In this document: positions 59,410 to 64,000 of the stretch, piece after piece
How positions within the stretch are numbered: position 1 is the stretch's first letter
Layout: the number at the start of each line of letters is the position of its first letter
DNA from: Macrostomum hystrix
Lineage: Eukaryota > Animalia > Platyhelminthes
Direction: 5' to 3'
NCBI GenBank assembly: GCA_950097015.1
Contig: CATNEN010000003.1
Coordinates: 5,022,001 to 5,086,000 of the forward strand
Length of the DNA stretch: 64,000 bases
The notes under the pieces: model-generated
Told to the model about the DNA's origin: nothing
Database searches by the model: none
The model's input: only the letters and a program-made list of their open reading frames with translations
Program-made: the position numbers and the translations under genes

Positions 59410-62307
59410 CTATTGTTTTTGAAAGCGAGCACGCTTAAGCTTGGGCACGAGATCACCGCATGTCTGCGTGATGCGTGGGGTCAGGCGTGGCCTGAGATTA
59501 TAGGCAACTCGATCTGTTAAGTCCTCGGGGATTTCTTCATTTTCCTCCGAGCTTTCACTGGTATCGCTCTCTGGCGATTCATTTTCCTCGTGCGGGTCAA
59601 AACTTTCCCTGCCACGGGCAGACCATCTAATTCTTTCTTCAGAGCTTAACTCACTATCTGACACGTCCGGCAATTTGTCTGGCGGCTTTTTGTGTTCTGG
59701 CTGCCTCCTCTTAATGCCTTGCTCTGCGGGCTTGGCCTTTGCTTTAGGAGCGCCATTTTTCTTCACAATTTCTTCAATAATTCTCATTGAATTCGGAACA
59801 GCAGTGACATTAATTCGATATAATAACAGTTTTGGTCCTTGTTTGTCTTGAAACAAGCGCTGGCTTGTTAATGCAGACTTTCGTTTTGACCTGGTCTTTC
59901 TTTTTCTCTTCTCATTCCTTACAGTCTGGCATCCTTTCTCTTGGACACGTGGCAACTGTCTGGTTGAGATTCTATTTACTTCTTCTGTTTTGATTGCTTC
60001 TGACGGCCTTCTGGACAATCCATCAGCATTAGAGTGCTTGGCTCCACTTCGATGCTCAATATCGAATTGGAACTCACTAAGCCTCTCTATCCATCTGCCT
60101 AGGATGCCCTGTGCCTCCGTCTGTCTCAAAAGCCATAGAATTGCTTTGTGGTCCGTTCTGGCTAAGAATTTCTTGCCAATCAGGTAGAAGCGAAAATGCT
60201 TCATCCCATCGACCAAGGCGAGCAACTCTTTTTTGGTAATCGGATAACGTTTCTCCGACTCCTTCATCGCGCGGCTAAAATAAGCGATGGGCCTTTCTAC
60301 GCCATCCGCCTGGATCTGACCCAGGCAAGCGCCGATTCTATCGTCGCTGGCGTCAGTGTCTAGCACCATCCTCACATTTTCATTATCAGTGATTTCCGGA
60401 TAAGCGAGCACTTCAGTGGAAGTCATTCTTTGCTTCAGTAGCTGAAATGCCGCATCATGACTACTGTTCCATTTCTCTTTAAAGTTCTGAATGTTCTTCT
60501 TTGTCAGTTGGAAAAGTGGATGCGCTGCCTCTGCATAATTTTTTACGAACCTACAATAATAATTACACAGGCCTAAGAAGCTTCGCAGTTCTTTCACATC
60601 CCGCGGCGTTGGCCATGATGCAATTGCTTCGATCTTAGCAGGGTCAGTTCTAATTCCATACTTTCCGATGACATGACCTAAATACTGCAATTCTTGCTGA
60701 AACAGAAAACATTTCTTGGGCCTTAGTTTGAGCCCGGCAGAAATGATTCTTTTGAAAACTTCGGCTAAATGCTGTAGATGTTCTTCAAATCTTTTTGAAT
60801 AGGTGATGATGTCATCTATATAGGACATGGCATACCGATGCTGGATCCCTTCTAGCACTGTATTCATCAATCTTTGAAAGGTGCCAGGGGCATTGGACAG
60901 CCCTTGCGCCATTACTTGGTATTCAAATTGACCTCGGGTCAGCGTGGAGAACGCAGTCATATGTTTGTGTTCTTCCTTGATCGGCACTTGCCAATAACCC
61001 GAATTCAGGTCAAGGCTGCTGAAGAACTGACTGCCCGTCAGATGAGAAAACGTTTCTTGGATGTTAGGCAACGGATAGGGATAATAGTGTACTCGTGAAT
61101 TCAGTACACGAAAATCACTCACTATCCGGAGCGTCCCGTCTTTCTTTGGCACAATTACCAACGGTGTTGAATAGGTACTGTAGCAAGGTCGGATTAAGTT
61201 CTTTGCCAACATGTCATCTAACTGCTCATCGACCTGCTTTTGAAGGTGTGGCGGAATTCGTCGTGTCGGTATCCTGACTGGCGTGGTGTCCTGTAACACG
61301 ATTTCATGAGTTATTAAATGGGTTAGACCCATTTCTCGACTATTCTGCGAAAAAGCCTTCCGATTGTCTTTGATTAATTGTCTGACCTGTTCTTGTTGGA
61401 TGTCGGACAGTTCTTTGCCTAAATGGATTTCCTTTATCCATTCATCTGATTCTTCTTTGACGCTTCCGATTCGTTCTGTTTCTTTATCGCATTCAATATA
61501 ATAATTTAAATTCTTTGACTTCAGCGGCTTGGCTAAACCAATTAAAGATGATTTCGGTATATTGATTTCGTAGTTATGTTTATTCACAACTTCCACTACT
61601 CCTGTTCCATCGATCATAGTAACTAACGTAGGAGTTACTCCTACTGATCCTTCTTTTAATTGAATCTGATCGTTGATTGCTTCTACAGTCATGGGCGTTC
61701 CATAATTTCTTTCATAGTTAGTTGCTAATCGCACTGGGATCTTCAGAGCGCTGCTAGCCGGCACGGTTATTTTCTCCTGGCTGTATACTCTGCATATTCG
61801 CACAGGCAGTTTAGTAAATTGAATAGGCAGACATCTTCCATTCTTTAAAACCACCATTCCTTGACTAAAATTGATATTATTGCAATATTTCAAGAAAAAC
61901 TCCATTCCTAAGATATCGTCACTCTCGTGGTCACACAGCAGGAATAGTGTACTGATACTGATATCGCCAAAGTTTAATACTGTTGTTACTTCACCAATAA
62001 TCTCCACTTCTGAACCGTCGAAAGTTGTTACTCGTCTATTTGAATTGTAAATTTCTTCTTTGCGGAACGTGTTCTTCCATGAGCTTCGACTTAAAAAGTT
62101 ATGTCCAGCACCGGTGTCTAGTAAAAAGTTTAGCGACTTTCCTCTAATTTCTCCTTGTAATATTGCTTCCCGACCTTTAATCTCTATATTAGTTGACTCG
62201 ATATTGGGTGCGGACGTTGCTACTGCTGGTTCAGAGGCTTTTAATTTGCACTTATTTGTTCCTGAGGATCGGGGCCTCTCTGCTCGATCCTCGCTCTTCA
62301 GTTTCCC
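59410..62307 (-). CDS. pol: Pol polyprotein: aspartic protease, RT, RNase H; no integrase
   Basis: The -1 frame is open from the slippery site. FLLDTGA (PR, ~62115); LDLNSGYWQ, QGLSNAP, YIDD (RT); DTDAS, KELLA, TDH, NADGLSR (RNase H); then a low-complexity tail. Confidence 0.93.
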   Translation of the reverse strand, partial: GKLKSEDRAERPRSSGTNKCKLKASEPAVATSAPNIESTNIEIKGREAILQGEIRGKSLNFLLDTGAGHNFLSRSSWKNTFRKEEIYNSNRRVTTFDGSEVEIIGEVTTVLNFGDISISTLFLLCDHESDDILGMEFFLKYCNNINFSQGMVVLKNGRCLPIQFTKLPVRICRVYSQEKITVPASSALKIPVRLATNYERNYGTPMTVEAINDQIQLKEGSVGVTPTLVTMIDGTGVVEVVNKHNYEINIPKSSLIGLAKPLKSKNLNYYIECDKETERIGSVKEESDEWIKEIHLGKELSDIQQEQVRQLIKDNRKAFSQNSREMGLTHLITHEIVLQDTTPVRIPTRRIPPHLQKQVDEQLDDMLAKNLIRPCYSTYSTPLVIVPKKDGTLRIVSDFRVLNSRVHYYPYPLPNIQETFSHLTGSQFFSSLDLNSGYWQVPIKEEHKHMTAFSTLTRGQFEYQVMAQGLSNAPGTFQRLMNTVLEGIQHRYAMSYIDDIITYSKRFEEHLQHLAEVFKRIISAGLKLRPKKCFLFQQELQYLGHVIGKYGIRTDPAKIEAIASWPTPRDVKELRSFLGLCNYYCRFVKNYAEAAHPLFQLTKKNIQNFKEKWNSSHDAAFQLLKQRMTSTEVLAYPEITDNENVRMVLDTDASDDRIGACLGQIQADGVERPIAYFSRAMKESEKRYPITKKELLALVDGMKHFRFYLIGKKFLARTDHKAILWLLRQTEAQGILGRWIERLSEFQFDIEHRSGAKHSNADGLSRRPSEAIKTEEVNRISTRQLPRVQEKGCQTVRNEKRKRKTRSKRKSALTSQRLFQDKQGPKLLLYRINVTAVPNSMRIIEEIVKKNGAPKAKAKPAEQGIKRRQPEHKKPPDKLPDVSDSELSSEERIRWSARGRESFDPHEENESPESDTSESSEENEEIPEDLTDRVAYNLRPRLTPRITQTCGDLVPKLKRARFQKQ
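62233..62307 (-). promoter_or_regulatory. -1 programmed ribosomal frameshift signal
   Basis: G GGA AAC then TGA ends gag. Stem GAGGATCG/CGATCCTC starts 8 nt downstream; loop AGAGGC can pair with downstream GCCTCT. Confidence 0.8.
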
Positions 62308-63398
62308 TGCTGCTGATTGGAATTAGCCGGTCCAGAACTTCGGCAGAATTTGGCCACATGCCCGTTATTGCCACAATTGAAGCAGATTCGCGGCGGGCGA
62401 TCCTGCTGCTGTTGCTGCTGCTGATAGTTCTGCGACTGCTGCTGTTGCGCTTGAGTATTTGGCTGCTGTCTCTGCTGATAGTTCTGCCGCTGATAGTTCT
62501 GCTGTTGCTGATGGTTCTGCTGCTGTTTCGGCTGATAGTTCTGCTGCTGCTGATAGTTCTGCCGTTGCTGATAATTCTGCTGCTGCTGATAGTTCTGCCG
62601 CTGCTGATAATTCTGCTGCTGATAGTTCTGCTGCTGCTGCTGCGGATAGTTCTGCTGCTGCTGCAGGTTCTGAGTAGCCATCTGGACACTGACCATGAGT
62701 TCTTGCATGGTTCTCTTTTGTTGTTCTAGTTCTTCTTGTTGCCTCAGCAATATTTCTTCAATCCTGCTCTGTCTCTTTTGTTCAGCTTCATCACTCTTGG
62801 CCATCTTCATACTAACACCTTTGTGGGACATGTTCCACGCTGTTTCCATGCGTCTCAGCATTCTCCTTGCATCTTGTAGGGTTGCTGGTGCAGCAAAAAT
62901 AAGCTTCTCTCTGGTCTCAGCCGGTACTTTCACTCCTTTAATAAATTGTTCTATTATTTCTTCTTCTCTCTGTTCTGCGGTCATATTCGGAAATGCTCTG
63001 GTAGCTAGTTCAATAAGAGCGTCAGATAAATTTTCCACTGGTTCGTTGCGTCCTTGACTACGGCTTCTAAATTCTTCCCTAAATTCGGCGGAGCTTCCTG
63101 TTCTTCCGAAACGTTCCACCAGTCTTTCTTTAAATTCTTCATAGTTTAGATTGTCCGGCAAGTTCATACGCTGCACTGCGGCAAACGCAGTTGAGAGATC
63201 GAGGTTGGCTAGGAGCTCGCGCTTCCTGTGTGCCTCCTCTATTCCTTCAGCTTCGCAGCGCTGGTCAAAGGCTGTCAGCCAAATTCTGATTTCCTGATTT
63301 GGCGTGAATTTTTGAATTTTGACATGTCTCGTCGGTCCCAGCTCTAATCGGTTTCTTCGTTCTTCTGCTAGCATGGCGATTGCATCGTTGGCATTCAT
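62298..63398 (-). CDS. gag: Gag protein with CCHC zinc knuckle
   Basis: 366-aa ORF. Retrotrans-gag motifs YEEFKERLVERFG, RSQGRNEPV and EQFIKG; QQQNY repeats; CFNCGNNGHVAKFC. Confidence 0.93.
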   Translation of the reverse strand: MNANDAIAMLAEERRNRLELGPTRHVKIQKFTPNQEIRIWLTAFDQRCEAEGIEEAHRKRELLANLDLSTAFAAVQRMNLPDNLNYEEFKERLVERFGRTGSSAEFREEFRSRSQGRNEPVENLSDALIELATRAFPNMTAEQREEEIIEQFIKGVKVPAETREKLIFAAPATLQDARRMLRRMETAWNMSHKGVSMKMAKSDEAEQKRQSRIEEILLRQQEELEQQKRTMQELMVSVQMATQNLQQQQNYPQQQQQNYQQQNYQQRQNYQQQQNYQQRQNYQQQQNYQPKQQQNHQQQQNYQRQNYQQRQQPNTQAQQQQSQNYQQQQQQQDRPPRICFNCGNNGHVAKFCRSSGPANSNQQQGN

Positions 63399-63477
63399 TT
63401 TGACTATTTGACTATGAATAGCTTATTTCTAAGTAAGATTCTGCCGCTTTTCCGATCCTTTTCCGCTGCCACCAAGT

Positions 63478-64000
63478 TGTTGTAGTGCTTCTTTTACAAT
63501 TGCACTTTTCTAGTAATTCAAACTCTCCTCATACTGTAAGTAATTGGCCTAAACTTCTGACTTATTGCCTGTCAATCATTTTAGAATGACATATACATTA
63601 TACCACACCCCTGCTCGGGTGGACTTATGCAAACTACTGATAGTTTGGGTAGCGTGGCTCTTTGTCACGATATTTCTGGCCTCCTGCCAGTTATATTCTA
63701 GATATTAAATCTAGTTAGATCTGGAGACAATGCTCTCAGGTGATTCAGACAAGTTTTGTCAGGTAATTCAGGCTCTCTGGCCAGTCTGTACTCGGGCTTC
63801 CCCGGATCGGTTTCAACGGCTTCCACTTACTTTAGAAATAAGTAAGGCTTGTAAGATTGCTCACGAGGAGAATTGAACTGTTTCTAATAATGGGCACGAA
63901 ACGGTTACTGTCTTTATCACTTCCCGCCTCTATTTATAGCAATATTCCCAATACACTCAGCATACACACGGTATATTTCTTTTCATCTTAACAAATCACA
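63478..64000 (-). repeat. 5' LTR (runs off window)
   Basis: Matches 57335-57857; adjacent to the PBS. Confidence 0.92.

Larger units (their letters stand above)
57335..64000 (-). mobile_element. Gypsy/Ty3-type LTR retrotransposon lacking integrase core, with extra ORF
   Basis: LTRs 57335-~57926 and 63478->64000 look identical over the 523 bp visible. PBS TGGTGGCAGCGG (tRNA-Leu-like) at 63463-63474. PPT AAGAGGAGGC at 57927-57936. Confidence 0.93.

Noticed and set aside
62193-62729. Leu-rich membrane-like ORF on + strand
   Set aside because: Antisense of the Gag poly-Gln repeats.

Overview
Eukaryotic (metazoan) genomic DNA with GT-AG introns, GC-rich exons and very dense minisatellites. The style suggests a flatworm such as Macrostomum, but that is an unverified inference. 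0-16.2 kb holds three + strand spliced genes: a 5'-truncated pyruvate-kinase-like gene with many active-site substitutions (possible pseudoenzyme), an ankyrin-repeat gene and an HMGXB4 homologue. 21.5-49.6 kb holds a - strand tandem cluster of four divergent paralogues that the ORF track does not show. All share an exon plan encoding signal peptide + CUB-like domain + atypical C-type-lectin-like domain. Three have a TM helix and cytoplasmic tail (two tails carry FFAT-like motifs) and one ends in a GPI-signal-like tail. The cluster contains hAT MITEs carrying an expandable 16-bp satellite, tRNA-derived SINEs, a Crypton fragment and an internally deleted P element. 55-64 kb holds a solo LTR, repeat-rich ORFs and a young Gypsy-type LTR retrotransposon. 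That element has Gag, a -1 frameshift signal and PR-RT-RNaseH, no integrase core, and an extra ORF with its own TATA box. Most long ORFs in the supplied track are artefacts of stop-free tandem repeats. Exon coordinates and family assignments were made by eye and from recalled motifs; no database searches were run.
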